A stretch of DNA of 64,000 nucleotides from Promethearchaeota archaeon (GCA_048939015.1 JBHLPW010000001.1:32001-96000), one strand, 5' to 3'. Positions 9,759 to 19,394 are shown, counted from the first letter of the stretch. Numbers and translations are program-made. The notes: a model not told the origin generated them from the letters alone.

Positions 9759-10580
9759 ATGCTTGTTGAAGAATTTAAACAAATTAAGTATGAAAAAGAA
9801 GAAAATGGAATTGTAACAGTTACTTTAAACTGGGCAGAAAAAAAGAATGCTCTCTCTCCATTAGGCCTTTTGGAACTCTGGTATGCTGTAGATCATGCTG
9901 AAAAGGATAAGCAAATCAAAGTTATGATATTAACAGGTTGTGAAGAAGCAGGAGCGTTTTCTTCAGGAGGTTACTTTTCAGTAGAGATGTTGAAAGAAAT
10001 ACCTGAAAAGTATAGATCCGAGATCAATTTAAGAGATATGGCATCAAAAAGGTTATGTCTTAAGTTTTGGGATTTTTCTAAACCAGTGATATCTGTAATT
10101 AATGGATTTGCTGTGGGAGGAGGTTTTACACTTCCTGTAATTTGTTCAGATTTAGTTTATATGGCTGAAGACGCATGGTGGGCATTATTTTTTGTGAAAA
10201 GAGCGGTAATGCCTGATTTTGCCACTACTGTTCTTTTACCATTCATGATAGGAATGCATAAAGCAAAAGAGTTGTTTTACTTTGGTGATCGTATGACTTC
10301 TCACGATGCAGAAAGATTAGGTCTAGTCAATAAGGTGCTTCCTAAAGAAAAATTAATGAAATATGCACGAGATCAAGCTTTAAGACTTATTCCTCCCAAA
10401 GGACCATCATTATCAATTAAATTGATGAAAAAAACAATGCATACATATTTTAGGGAAATTATAGAATCACAATTAGATTTAGAAAATAAAATGTGGACCA
10501 AAGCGATTCAAAGTAAAGATTTTGGAGAGTCCCTAAAAGCTTTGAAGGAAAAAAGAGATCCAACTTTTATTGGAAGATAG
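9759..10580 (+). CDS. Enoyl-CoA hydratase/isomerase (crotonase) family
   Basis: KNAL, FSSGG, KPVISVINGFAVGGG, C-terminal EKRDPTFIGR. ATG 9759 is preferred. Confidence 0.9.
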   Translation: MLVEEFKQIKYEKEENGIVTVTLNWAEKKNALSPLGLLELWYAVDHAEKDKQIKVMILTGCEEAGAFSSGGYFSVEMLKEIPEKYRSEINLRDMASKRLCLKFWDFSKPVISVINGFAVGGGFTLPVICSDLVYMAEDAWWALFFVKRAVMPDFATTVLLPFMIGMHKAKELFYFGDRMTSHDAERLGLVNKVLPKEKLMKYARDQALRLIPPKGPSLSIKLMKKTMHTYFREIIESQLDLENKMWTKAIQSKDFGESLKALKEKRDPTFIGR

Positions 10581-10813
10581 TTCAAGATGATCTTCTAATA
10601 CGGATCTTAACTAATTTTTTGATGGTTTTCCTTAAAAAATCATTAAAGAAAAAGATTAATAACGATTATTTTTATTTATTGAATATATTATATTAATATT
10701 AAAAACACTCAAATATACAACTTTCATTATTTAATTAAATAGTAAAAAATTAAATTAATGGACTTGGACTAAGATTGAGTTGATCTACTTAACCAAAATG
10801 GTGATTCGGAGAG

Positions 10814-11359
10814 ATTAGTACTAGATCTTTCATTTATAAGGTGGTTGTGGTAGGCGATGGTGGTGTAGGAAAAACATCTATGGTTCTCCGCTACTGTGAG
10901 AATACCTTTAAAGAAAACTATATTATGACTATTGGTTCTAATTTCTCCACCAAGCAAGTTGATTTAGATGAATACCCAAACTTTTTGATTAAGCTCCAGT
11001 TATGGGATTTAGCAGGCCAGAAACATTTCAGTTTTGTTCGTCCACCATTTTATAGGGGAGCAACAGCCATTGTGTATGTCTTTGACCTTACGCGGAGGAG
11101 TTCTTTTCAGAACATACTAAATTGGAAAGCTGAAGTGGAAAAAGTAATTGGTGATGGAAAGCCAAGTATTTTAGTAGGAAATAAAATAGATTTAGCAGAA
11201 CAGGGACAAAGAGAAGTAGGAGAAGGGGATGGAGAAGCATTAAAAGAAGAATTAAATGCTATAAAATATTATGAAACAAGTGCTAAGAAAGATCTTAGAG
11301 TATCTCCAGTCTTCCAAGACATTACACGGGCTATCCTAGAGAAGAGTCAAAAGATCTAA
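10814..11359 (+). CDS. Rab-like small GTPase (probable ATT start at 10814; the track starts at GTG 10841)
   Basis: G1 GDGGVGKTS, G2 TIG, G3 WDLAGQ, G4 NKID, G5 ETSAK. RabF-like IGSNF/KLQLW/FYRGA/YVFDLT. No C-terminal Cys. Confidence 0.93.
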   Translation: MSTRSFIYKVVVVGDGGVGKTSMVLRYCENTFKENYIMTIGSNFSTKQVDLDEYPNFLIKLQLWDLAGQKHFSFVRPPFYRGATAIVYVFDLTRRSSFQNILNWKAEVEKVIGDGKPSILVGNKIDLAEQGQREVGEGDGEALKEELNAIKYYETSAKKDLRVSPVFQDITRAILEKSQKI

Positions 11360-11440
11360 CTTTTTATTATACATAAACCATAAATTAAAATTTAGTTGTA
11401 AATTTTAGAAGTATAAATCAAATAATATTAGGTAATTTAA

Positions 11441-12160
11441 ATGTTTGGAGCAGGACAAAGAGCTTACGATCGTGCACTTACTGTTTTTAGTCCAGAAGGA
11501 CGTTTATTTCAAGTAGAATATGCCTTAGAGGCTGTAAGAAGGGGAACACTTGCTGTAGCTGTTAAATCTAAAGAAGATGTGTGCCTTGCAGCTCAGATTA
11601 AAGTAGCATCTACATTGATGGATGCAGATTCAATTGACAAGATTTTTCAAATAGACGAGCATATAGGAGTGGCAATTTCAGGATTGCATGCGGATGCACG
11701 AGCACTGATAAATCATTCAAGAGTTCAAGCACAGTCATTTAGACTAACATATGACGAGCCTGTCCGTCTGAGTATGCTAACAAAAGCAATAGCAGATTTG
11801 AAACAGCAATATACGCAGTTTGGAGGTGTTCGACCATGGGGATGTGCACTTTTTTTCATCGGAATTGATGCTAGTGGAACACAAATTTATACTACATCTC
11901 CAAGTGGTATTTATCGTTCCTTTAAGGCATATGCTATTGGAACAGGAGAGGCATCTGCTAGAGAATATCTTACAGAACACTATAAAGAGGATATGACTTT
12001 CGAAGAATTGATTAATATGGCGTTAAATTCACTTAAAGAATCAATAGATGAAGATGTAACAAAAGAAAATGTTCGACTAGCATATATTAAAGGTGAAACT
12101 AAAGAGTTTCATATGTGTAATAAACAAGAAGTAGAAGAATTCCTAGCAAAATTAACATAA
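11441..12160 (+). CDS. psmA: 20S proteasome alpha subunit
   Basis: YDRALTVFSPEGRLFQVEYALEA signature; YTQFGGVRPWG. Confidence 0.97.
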   Translation: MFGAGQRAYDRALTVFSPEGRLFQVEYALEAVRRGTLAVAVKSKEDVCLAAQIKVASTLMDADSIDKIFQIDEHIGVAISGLHADARALINHSRVQAQSFRLTYDEPVRLSMLTKAIADLKQQYTQFGGVRPWGCALFFIGIDASGTQIYTTSPSGIYRSFKAYAIGTGEASAREYLTEHYKEDMTFEELINMALNSLKESIDEDVTKENVRLAYIKGETKEFHMCNKQEVEEFLAKLT

Positions 12161-12267
12161 TTCTATTTTTAACATCTTCATAAAAGGTTTTATTTTCTCA
12201 ATCTATATTATAGATATTAATATTACATCTAGAATTTTACTTAAAAACAAAAAGATAGTCGATTTTT

Positions 12268-12660
12268 ATGGCTAAGAAGAAGATTAGAGAAGAGTTTGAT
12301 AAACTTTTTAAGAAAGGAGATGAAAAAGCTATAAAGAAAATGTTAGATAAGAATCCCTGGCTTCTTAATGAAGTTTCAAATACTATGGATGCTGGTATGT
12401 TAGAACAGAATCAAGTAATAGCAGCATTAGGTGTAATGGAGGATGAACTTGGAGGACCTGTACCAATTGATGAAATTGTATTTAGCTTAAGAGTTGATTT
12501 TAATATTCGGAAAAGTGAAGATGAGATACATAGAATTTTAACTAGCAGTGAAGATCTTAATCTAGTTAAAAGAGAGGCTAATGGGTGGAGTTTAACTAGT
12601 GAAGGAGGGAGATTATGTGATGACTATCTTAACAAAAATTTGGGAAAGTTTGAATTATGA
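12268..12660 (+). CDS. Hypothetical protein with probable C-terminal winged-helix domain
   Basis: VPIDEIVFSL...EIHRIL...LVKREANGWSLTSEG resembles a wHTH wing. Confidence 0.6.
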   Translation: MAKKKIREEFDKLFKKGDEKAIKKMLDKNPWLLNEVSNTMDAGMLEQNQVIAALGVMEDELGGPVPIDEIVFSLRVDFNIRKSEDEIHRILTSSEDLNLVKREANGWSLTSEGGRLCDDYLNKNLGKFEL

Positions 12661-12772
12661 TTAATTAAATATTTATTTTGGCTTAATGATTTTTAAATTA
12701 AACTAACTAATTATTTTGAGATTTTTTGTTTATTAAGTTCATTCTAAATTCTTCTAAAAATAGTTGAGATAT

Positions 12773-15700
12773 ATGGAAGAGAAAAAAGAGGAAGAATTCG
12801 ACGACGAATTCGATGAGAACGGATTTGATCCTACAAAAGAGGCATTTTTTTCTGATATGATGGAAATGGAAGAAGAAATCGCTTCTGAAGCTTATGAATT
12901 GGTTGAACATGCTATTAATTTGATTCAATCTCAATATTATGATGATGGGATTGAAATTTTACGGCAAGCCATTGGGTTATATAGGCAAATCAATAGAGAA
13001 GAGGAAATTAATGCAATTAATGATAAAATATCAGAAATTTACATTCTCAAGGAACAGTCCTTCCGAGAAATAGAAACTAAACCTATAAGCGAAGGGGAGG
13101 TTATTGAGGAAGCTAAATTGATCGAGGAACATGAAGAGATTGATGAGTTGGAAGTTATTGAAGAAGCTGAGATTGTTGAAGATATTGAGACTGAAGCTAA
13201 AATGATTAGTGAAGCAGATAAGCTAATAGTTGAAGCTCATCAATTAACTAATTCTGGTCAGTTTGAAGATGCTCTTAATAAGTATGATGAAGCTGAAAAA
13301 ATTCTTGAGAAATTAAATAAATCAGAAGAAGTTGATAGATTATTTGTATTGATTGAAGAATGTTATAGTAGAAAGGCTGAATATTTACGTGGTGTTAAGA
13401 AAGAAGAAATAGAAGCGGATATGGAATTAGAGGTATCACTAAGCATAGAACAGAAAAAGGAACAAAAATTGGAACAATTTATGGAGGCTAAAAAGAGAGA
13501 AGAGGAAATTTCAACTGAGGCATACGAAATTTTAGATCAAGCAGTAGAAAAAGCTAAAATGTACGAGTATGATCAAGCTATAGAATTATATACAAAAGGA
13601 ATAAGTTTATTTGAGGAACTGAAATGGACATATGAGGTTAACAGAATTCAAGACACTGTTGAACAATTAGAAAAAGAAAAGATTAATCATCTTAAAGCTG
13701 TTGAGAAAGAAAGAATAGAGAGTCAGCAAAAAATTGAAGTTGAATTACAACAAGAGGAAATCATTGATCAGCATGCAAAAGAGATAGGTGAGCAGGAAAA
13801 ACTTGCACAAATGGAAAGGCTGAAAGGAATAGAATTTCAAAAAATGGAACAAGAATTCTTTAAGGCACAAATTGATAATATGGCAACAGAAGCAGTTAGG
13901 ATGGCACGTGAATATGAACTTGATATGCAGAAAGCGATTAAAGAGGGAAAATTAGTAGAGGAATGTATATATCCTAAAGTAATTGAGATTTATAAAAAAA
14001 TAAAAGATTTATTAATTGATAAAGGTTGGAATAAGGAAGCAGCTATTTATGATGATACAATTGATGTTTATATACAAAAATTCGAGAATGATAAAAAAAT
14101 AAGGCAAATTGAGGCAGAGAAAGCTAAAAAGCAAAAAGAGACTGAGGAATTATTAAAAGCCAAGGAACAAGAAGTAGAAGTTCGAATTAGTGAAGAACAA
14201 CAACAAATTCTAGAAAAACAACGTCAAAAAACAATAGAGATTGAGAATATTCGAAATGAAATTGATGAAATGACTAAAAAAGCTGAAAGAATTGCGAGAG
14301 AGTATGAAGTAGCATTAAGAAAGGGCAAATTTGAGCTGAAATGTCCTTATCCTAAAATTATAAGCATTTATGAAAGAGCTCAGCAAATGTCATTAGACAG
14401 AGGGTGGGAGACAGACGTTAAAATCTTTGCAAATCAGATTTATAATTATAAACAAAAGTTTGAGAAAGATAATCGATTAAGACAAGTAGAAGCTGAAAAA
14501 GCAAGAAAAAAAGAAGAGATTGAAGAAACATTAAAAGTGAGAAAAGAAGAAACTCATGTAGGACTAGATGTAGAAAAGTTAAAGCTTCTTGAAGAGCAAA
14601 AAAGATTAGAAGAAGAAAAAGAAGATTTTGATTCTACAATCGATATAATGGTAAATCGAGCTGAAAAAATGGTTCGAGAATATAATTCTGAAATGAAAAA
14701 AGCCATAAAAAAAGGTACATTAGCAGAAAACCCTCCTTTTTTGAAAATTATAGGAATATATGAAAGAGTTAAAAGAATGGTACTTGAAAGAGGGCGTGAA
14801 GAAGAAGCTAAAGCATATAGCACTCAGATTAATTTTTATACTCAAAAATTAGAACAGGATAATAAATTACGAGAAGTAGAGGCTAAAAAGGCACAGAGAG
14901 AAAAAGCACTCGAAGAAATGCATAAGATTGGTAAACAAATTGGTGTAGATGAGGATAAGTTAAGTGCAATAGAAAAAAAGAAAGAATTAGAAGATTTTGA
15001 AAAATATATTGATGAAAGTATAAATAGAGCCGAAAAATTGGTTCGAGATTATGAAATGGCTTTGAGAAAAGCTTTTAAGGATGGAGAAGTAATAAGAAGT
15101 ACTCCATATCCTGATGCTATTGAAATTTATAAAGAACTTCGAGAAAAAGTATATGCAAGAGGATGGAAAGATCAAGCTGAAGTGTATGCTAATCAGATTA
15201 AAATTTATCAAGAGAAATTAGATAAGCATGAGAAATTACTAGAAGTTGAGGCTCAAAAAGCTCAAAGAGAAAAAGAAATTGAAGCAATGCATAAGGTCGA
15301 GGGACAAGTTGAAGTTGATCATAAAAAACTAGAAATTATTGAAAGAGAAAGAGAGGAAAAAGAATTCCAGGAATATATTGCTGAAGAAATCAAGAAAGCA
15401 GGAAAACTTGAAAGAGAATTTGATTTAACTATGAAAAAAGCTATAAAAAAAGGAGAAATAATGGAACAAACACCTTATCCTGAAATAATTGAACTTTATA
15501 AAATATTACGAGAAAAAGTGTATGTAAGAGGATGGAGAGATCAAGCTGAAGTATATGCTAATCAGATTAAAATCTATCAAGAGAAGTTAGAGAAGCATGA
15601 GAGATTACTAGAAGTTGAGGCTCAAAAAGCCCAAAGAGAAAGAGACATTGAAGAGATGCATAAATCCGCAAAAGAAGTCGAAGTGGACCAGGAAAAACTA

Positions 15701-18700
15701 GTAAGTGTTGATATTAAGAAAGAAGAAAAAGAATTTCAGAAATTTATAACGGGAGAAGTAAATAAAGCAGAGAAACTTGAAAGAGAATTCGATTCAGTTA
15801 TGAAAAAAGCTATTAAAAAAGGCGAAATTTTAGAACAAACGCCCTATCTTGAAATAATAAACATATATAAAGAAATACGAGAAAAAGTGTATGCAAGAGG
15901 ATGGAGAGATCAAGCTGAAGTATATGCTAATCAGATTAAAATTTATCAAGAGAAGTTAGAGAAACATGAGAAATTACTAGAAGTTGAGGCTCAAAAAGCC
16001 CAAAAAGAAAGAGATATTGAAGAGATGCATAAGTTAGCAAAGGATATTCATGTAGATCAAAAGAAAATGGCTGTTCTTGACAAGAAAAAAGAGGAAAAAG
16101 ATTTTCAAGGTTATATAACAGGAGAAGTAAATAAAGCAGAGAAACTTGAAAGAGAATTCGATTCAGTTATGAAAAAAGCTATTAAAAAAGGCGAAATTTT
16201 AGAACAAACGCCCTATCTTGAAATAATAAACATATATAAAGAAATACGAGAAAAAGTGTATGCAAGAGGATGGAGAGATCAAGCTGAAGTATATGCTAAT
16301 CAGATTAAAATCTATCAAGAGAAGTTAGAGAAGCATGAGAGATTACTAGAAGTTGAGGCTCAAAAAGCCCAAAGAGAAAGAGACATTGAAGAGATGCATA
16401 AATCCGCAAAAGAAGTCGAAGTGGACCAGGAAAAACTAGTAAGTGTTGATATTAAGAAAGAAGAAAAAGAATTTCAGAAATTTATAACAGGAGAAGTAAA
16501 TAAAGCAGAGAAACTTGAAAGAGAATTCGATTCAGTTATGAAAAAAGCTATTAAAAAGGGGGAAGTTCTAGAACAAACGCCCTATCTTGAAATAATAAAC
16601 ATATATAAAGAAATACGAGAAAAAGTGTATGCAAGAGGATGGAAAGATCAAGCTGAAGTATATGCTAATCAGATTAAAATCTATCAAGAGAAGTTAGAGA
16701 AGCATGAGAGATTACTAGAAGTTGAGGCTCAAAAAGCCCAAAGAGAAAAAGAATTAGAAGAATTACAAAAAGCTGGAAGAAAAGAAGTCAAACCCTTTAA
16801 ACCTGAGAAATTAGAGGAACTTAAAGCTGAAAAAGAAGAGGATATATTAGTAGATAAAGCAATGAATCTCATTGATGAGGCAGAAAAGGATGTAAAGAGT
16901 TATGAATTAAGCATGAAGAAAGATATTTTAGCATATTCCAGTCCTTATGAGCAAGCAATATCAAATTATGAAGAAGCTCGAGAATTATTCAAAAAAGTTG
17001 GTTGGAATGATGAAGCTAATCGTTTGATTAATACAATCAATTTCTATAAAGATAAAAAAGAAAAAGATGAGAAATTAAGAGAAATAGAGGAAGAAAAATT
17101 AAAGAAACCTGAGTTTGAAATGATAGCAACTCAATATGATGTTGATAAAGATTTTCAAGAAAGACAAAAAAGACTATTAGAAATTCAACAGAAAAAGAAG
17201 GAAAGTGATGATATTGCTGCAGGAATTTTTAATATGATTCAAGATGCTGAAAGAATGGCTCAGGAATATGAATTAAATATAAAAAGTGGGATTTTTAATT
17301 TCGAGGCACCATATGAAACGATTATTGAAATTTATCGAGAAGCAAGAAAAGAATTCGAAAAAATAGATTGGAAAGAAGAATCAGCTAAACTAATCGAAAC
17401 GATTAATTTTTACAAGGAAAAATTAGCAAACGATAATAAAATACGTGCCTTAGAAGCTGAAAAAGTTAAGAAACGAGAAGAAGAGTTAATGCTTCAACAA
17501 AAATTGCTTGAACAAGCAAGAGTTGAACAAGAACAAATATTAAAACAACGAAAAGAGACTTTACATTTGAAAGAAGAACGAATAGCTCAATTTGAAACAA
17601 AAAAAGATAAAGCATTTCGTTTAATGGATCAAGCTAAGCGTGAATTAAGACAAAATCAATTTGATAAAGCGATTGAAATTTATAAAGAAAGTGAAGAAAT
17701 ATTTTCAGAAATAGAATGGCAAGAAGGAATCAGGATGGTTCGTGATTCGATTACAATGATTATGAATAAGAAAAAAGCTTATGAACTTGAACAAGAAGCA
17801 CTCGAAAAGAAAAAAGTTGAAAAACTCCTTATTGAAGAAAAATTGGAAGAAAAGTTAGTTGAGGCTCAAATTATAAAAGAGCGACAACAAGAAGAGAAAA
17901 GAAAGGAATTACTTAAAATTCAGAGAGCAAAGGAGCAGGAAAGAGAAATATCTGAAGAAGCATATGGACTTTTAGAAGAAGGCACCCGATTAATGGATCG
18001 AGGTAAATTTATTGAAGCATACGAGAATTATATAGCTGCGCGAGAATTATTTCAACAAATATCTTGGCAAAGAGAAGTTTCACGGATAAATAATGACCTT
18101 TTATTCAAACTTAAGAAGGAACAAAAGCAGGCTGAGATTCTAAAAGAAATTAAAATAAAGAAAATTGAAGAAGAAAAAGAAATGACTTTATTAAAGCAAC
18201 AAGCTAAAATAGAACGTAAAGAACTTGAAAAAAGAAAGAAGGAAGAGAAACGTAAACTTGCTAAAGAAGAACTTGAAAAAAAAATATCTATAAAATTAAA
18301 TAGAGCAAAAAGATTAATTGAAGAGTTTAGATACAACGAGGGAGTTTTAATTCTGAGAGAAGAAATCCAAAGATTAACGAAATTAGATAAACTAGCTGAA
18401 ATCGAAATGATAAACGAGCAAATTAGTAATATTAAAACTGAAACCCAAATTCCATTAATAACATATGATACACCTTTTGATCTTTTTGAAAATAAGAACT
18501 TTGAATCTGCCTATAAAGCGTTGGATAGAGCTCTTGTATCAATAAACAATAACCGTTTGAAAAAATCTATTTCTGAATTAAATGAGGCAAAATTCAAACT
18601 TGAAGAACTTAAATTTGGACAAAATTTTATTAATTTAATTAATGAAAAATTAATTGAGTTCAAAACTGAGATAAGTAAGAGCCCAATTAAAGAAATACAT

Positions 18701-18817
18701 GAAGTTAAAAAAGAAATTGTTATAGATGAGATGGAAGAACTTAGAAAACGTGTTGCTGCGAGAAGGGAAGAAAGAAGGAGAAAAGTTTTAGATTTATTGG
18801 GAAAGAGCGATGAATGA
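12773..18817 (+). CDS. Giant (about 2014 aa) E/K-rich alpha-helical repeat protein with about 13 modules of ~120-125 aa
   Basis: Uninterrupted 6 kb ORF. Recurrent AEK..REY/F...PY..II.IY....GW..A..Y..QI..Y..K motif separated by charged helices. ATG at 12773. Confidence 0.9.
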   Translation: MEEKKEEEFDDEFDENGFDPTKEAFFSDMMEMEEEIASEAYELVEHAINLIQSQYYDDGIEILRQAIGLYRQINREEEINAINDKISEIYILKEQSFREIETKPISEGEVIEEAKLIEEHEEIDELEVIEEAEIVEDIETEAKMISEADKLIVEAHQLTNSGQFEDALNKYDEAEKILEKLNKSEEVDRLFVLIEECYSRKAEYLRGVKKEEIEADMELEVSLSIEQKKEQKLEQFMEAKKREEEISTEAYEILDQAVEKAKMYEYDQAIELYTKGISLFEELKWTYEVNRIQDTVEQLEKEKINHLKAVEKERIESQQKIEVELQQEEIIDQHAKEIGEQEKLAQMERLKGIEFQKMEQEFFKAQIDNMATEAVRMAREYELDMQKAIKEGKLVEECIYPKVIEIYKKIKDLLIDKGWNKEAAIYDDTIDVYIQKFENDKKIRQIEAEKAKKQKETEELLKAKEQEVEVRISEEQQQILEKQRQKTIEIENIRNEIDEMTKKAERIAREYEVALRKGKFELKCPYPKIISIYERAQQMSLDRGWETDVKIFANQIYNYKQKFEKDNRLRQVEAEKARKKEEIEETLKVRKEETHVGLDVEKLKLLEEQKRLEEEKEDFDSTIDIMVNRAEKMVREYNSEMKKAIKKGTLAENPPFLKIIGIYERVKRMVLERGREEEAKAYSTQINFYTQKLEQDNKLREVEAKKAQREKALEEMHKIGKQIGVDEDKLSAIEKKKELEDFEKYIDESINRAEKLVRDYEMALRKAFKDGEVIRSTPYPDAIEIYKELREKVYARGWKDQAEVYANQIKIYQEKLDKHEKLLEVEAQKAQREKEIEAMHKVEGQVEVDHKKLEIIEREREEKEFQEYIAEEIKKAGKLEREFDLTMKKAIKKGEIMEQTPYPEIIELYKILREKVYVRGWRDQAEVYANQIKIYQEKLEKHERLLEVEAQKAQRERDIEEMHKSAKEVEVDQEKLVSVDIKKEEKEFQKFITGEVNKAEKLEREFDSVMKKAIKKGEILEQTPYLEIINIYKEIREKVYARGWRDQAEVYANQIKIYQEKLEKHEKLLEVEAQKAQKERDIEEMHKLAKDIHVDQKKMAVLDKKKEEKDFQGYITGEVNKAEKLEREFDSVMKKAIKKGEILEQTPYLEIINIYKEIREKVYARGWRDQAEVYANQIKIYQEKLEKHERLLEVEAQKAQRERDIEEMHKSAKEVEVDQEKLVSVDIKKEEKEFQKFITGEVNKAEKLEREFDSVMKKAIKKGEVLEQTPYLEIINIYKEIREKVYARGWKDQAEVYANQIKIYQEKLEKHERLLEVEAQKAQREKELEELQKAGRKEVKPFKPEKLEELKAEKEEDILVDKAMNLIDEAEKDVKSYELSMKKDILAYSSPYEQAISNYEEARELFKKVGWNDEANRLINTINFYKDKKEKDEKLREIEEEKLKKPEFEMIATQYDVDKDFQERQKRLLEIQQKKKESDDIAAGIFNMIQDAERMAQEYELNIKSGIFNFEAPYETIIEIYREARKEFEKIDWKEESAKLIETINFYKEKLANDNKIRALEAEKVKKREEELMLQQKLLEQARVEQEQILKQRKETLHLKEERIAQFETKKDKAFRLMDQAKRELRQNQFDKAIEIYKESEEIFSEIEWQEGIRMVRDSITMIMNKKKAYELEQEALEKKKVEKLLIEEKLEEKLVEAQIIKERQQEEKRKELLKIQRAKEQEREISEEAYGLLEEGTRLMDRGKFIEAYENYIAARELFQQISWQREVSRINNDLLFKLKKEQKQAEILKEIKIKKIEEEKEMTLLKQQAKIERKELEKRKKEEKRKLAKEELEKKISIKLNRAKRLIEEFRYNEGVLILREEIQRLTKLDKLAEIEMINEQISNIKTETQIPLITYDTPFDLFENKNFESAYKALDRALVSINNNRLKKSISELNEAKFKLEELKFGQNFINLINEKLIEFKTEISKSPIKEIHEVKKEIVIDEMEELRKRVAARREERRRKVLDLLGKSDE
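15135..16750 (+). repeat. Intragenic tandem repeat, 369-bp (123-codon) period, about 4.4 near-identical units
   Basis: TCAAGCTGAAGT(A/G)TATGCTAATCAGATTAAAAT starts at 15172, 15541, 15910, 16279 and 16648, spaced exactly 369 bp apart. Confidence 0.95.
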
Positions 18818-18867
18818 AATATTTATTATTTTAAGAAAATAATTTAAAAAAGAATAAAAAAATTTAG

Positions 18868-19098
18868 TTAGATTAATAAGTTTTCTTGAATCTCATTTTC
18901 TACTTCTGATTCTATTAAACTCGGTTCAATATTTCTATTTACTGATTCTTCTATTAGATACTCAGTTTTAATTAAATCTCTAATGGCGACTCGTATGGCT
19001 TCTGATCTATTTGGAAATTTCCCATCAATAACAAGTATCTCTAAGACTTTTAAATAAGATTCTGGTAAATTAACTGAAATTAATTTAATGTTAGACAC
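18868..19098 (-). CDS. Ribbon-helix-helix (CopG/MetJ-type) transcription regulator
   Basis: IKLISVNLPESYL...LVIDGKFPNRSEAIRVAIRDLI. The start is uncertain (TTG 19101, GTG 19098 or ATT 19089); ATG 19128 lies too close to the TATA box at 19142-19149. Confidence 0.88.
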   Translation of the reverse strand: MSNIKLISVNLPESYLKVLEILVIDGKFPNRSEAIRVAIRDLIKTEYLIEESVNRNIEPSLIESEVENEIQENLLI

Positions 19099-19307
19099 CA
19101 ATTTTTTTACATATTGATGAATATACATATCACCTTAATAATATTTAAAGGTTTAGTGGAAATTGACCCCAAGAAGTCCGACAGAATATCTAAATAAAAT
19201 TTTATAATAGTTTTGAATAATGTTTTTCTTGTTTTTCCGTAAAAAGTTATAGTCCAAAACCTATTTTGAATTCAGATTTTTAGACCAATCCAAAAATTTT
19301 TATATAG

Positions 19308-19328
19308 TGTTACATGTAACGTGTAACA
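19308..19328. promoter_or_regulatory. Palindromic operator candidate GTTACATGTAAC with an extra TGTAAC half-site
   Basis: Perfect 12-bp palindrome at 19309-19320, directly downstream of TTTATATA, between the divergent RHH gene and the 105-aa gene. Confidence 0.6.
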
Positions 19329-19394
19329 ATAGAATATATAAGTATTTCTAAAAAAAGATTACAAAAAGCAAATACCAAATTAGGAGGAAAAAAT

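Noticed and set aside
10791-10813. In-frame TGA upstream of the Rab gene as selenocysteine or readthrough
   Set aside because: An in-frame TAA lies four codons further upstream with no start between, and the TGA is part of the GGTGA SD-like motif.
15135-16750. Regularly spaced DNA repeats as a CRISPR array or mobile element
   Set aside because: The period of 369 bp is a multiple of 3 and lies inside a continuous ORF. There are no unique short spacers and no cas or transposase genes.
14554-18336. Antisense ORFs within the giant gene (14554..14823, 14987..15211, 18052..18336)
   Set aside because: F/S/L-rich mirror translations of the E/K-rich strand.
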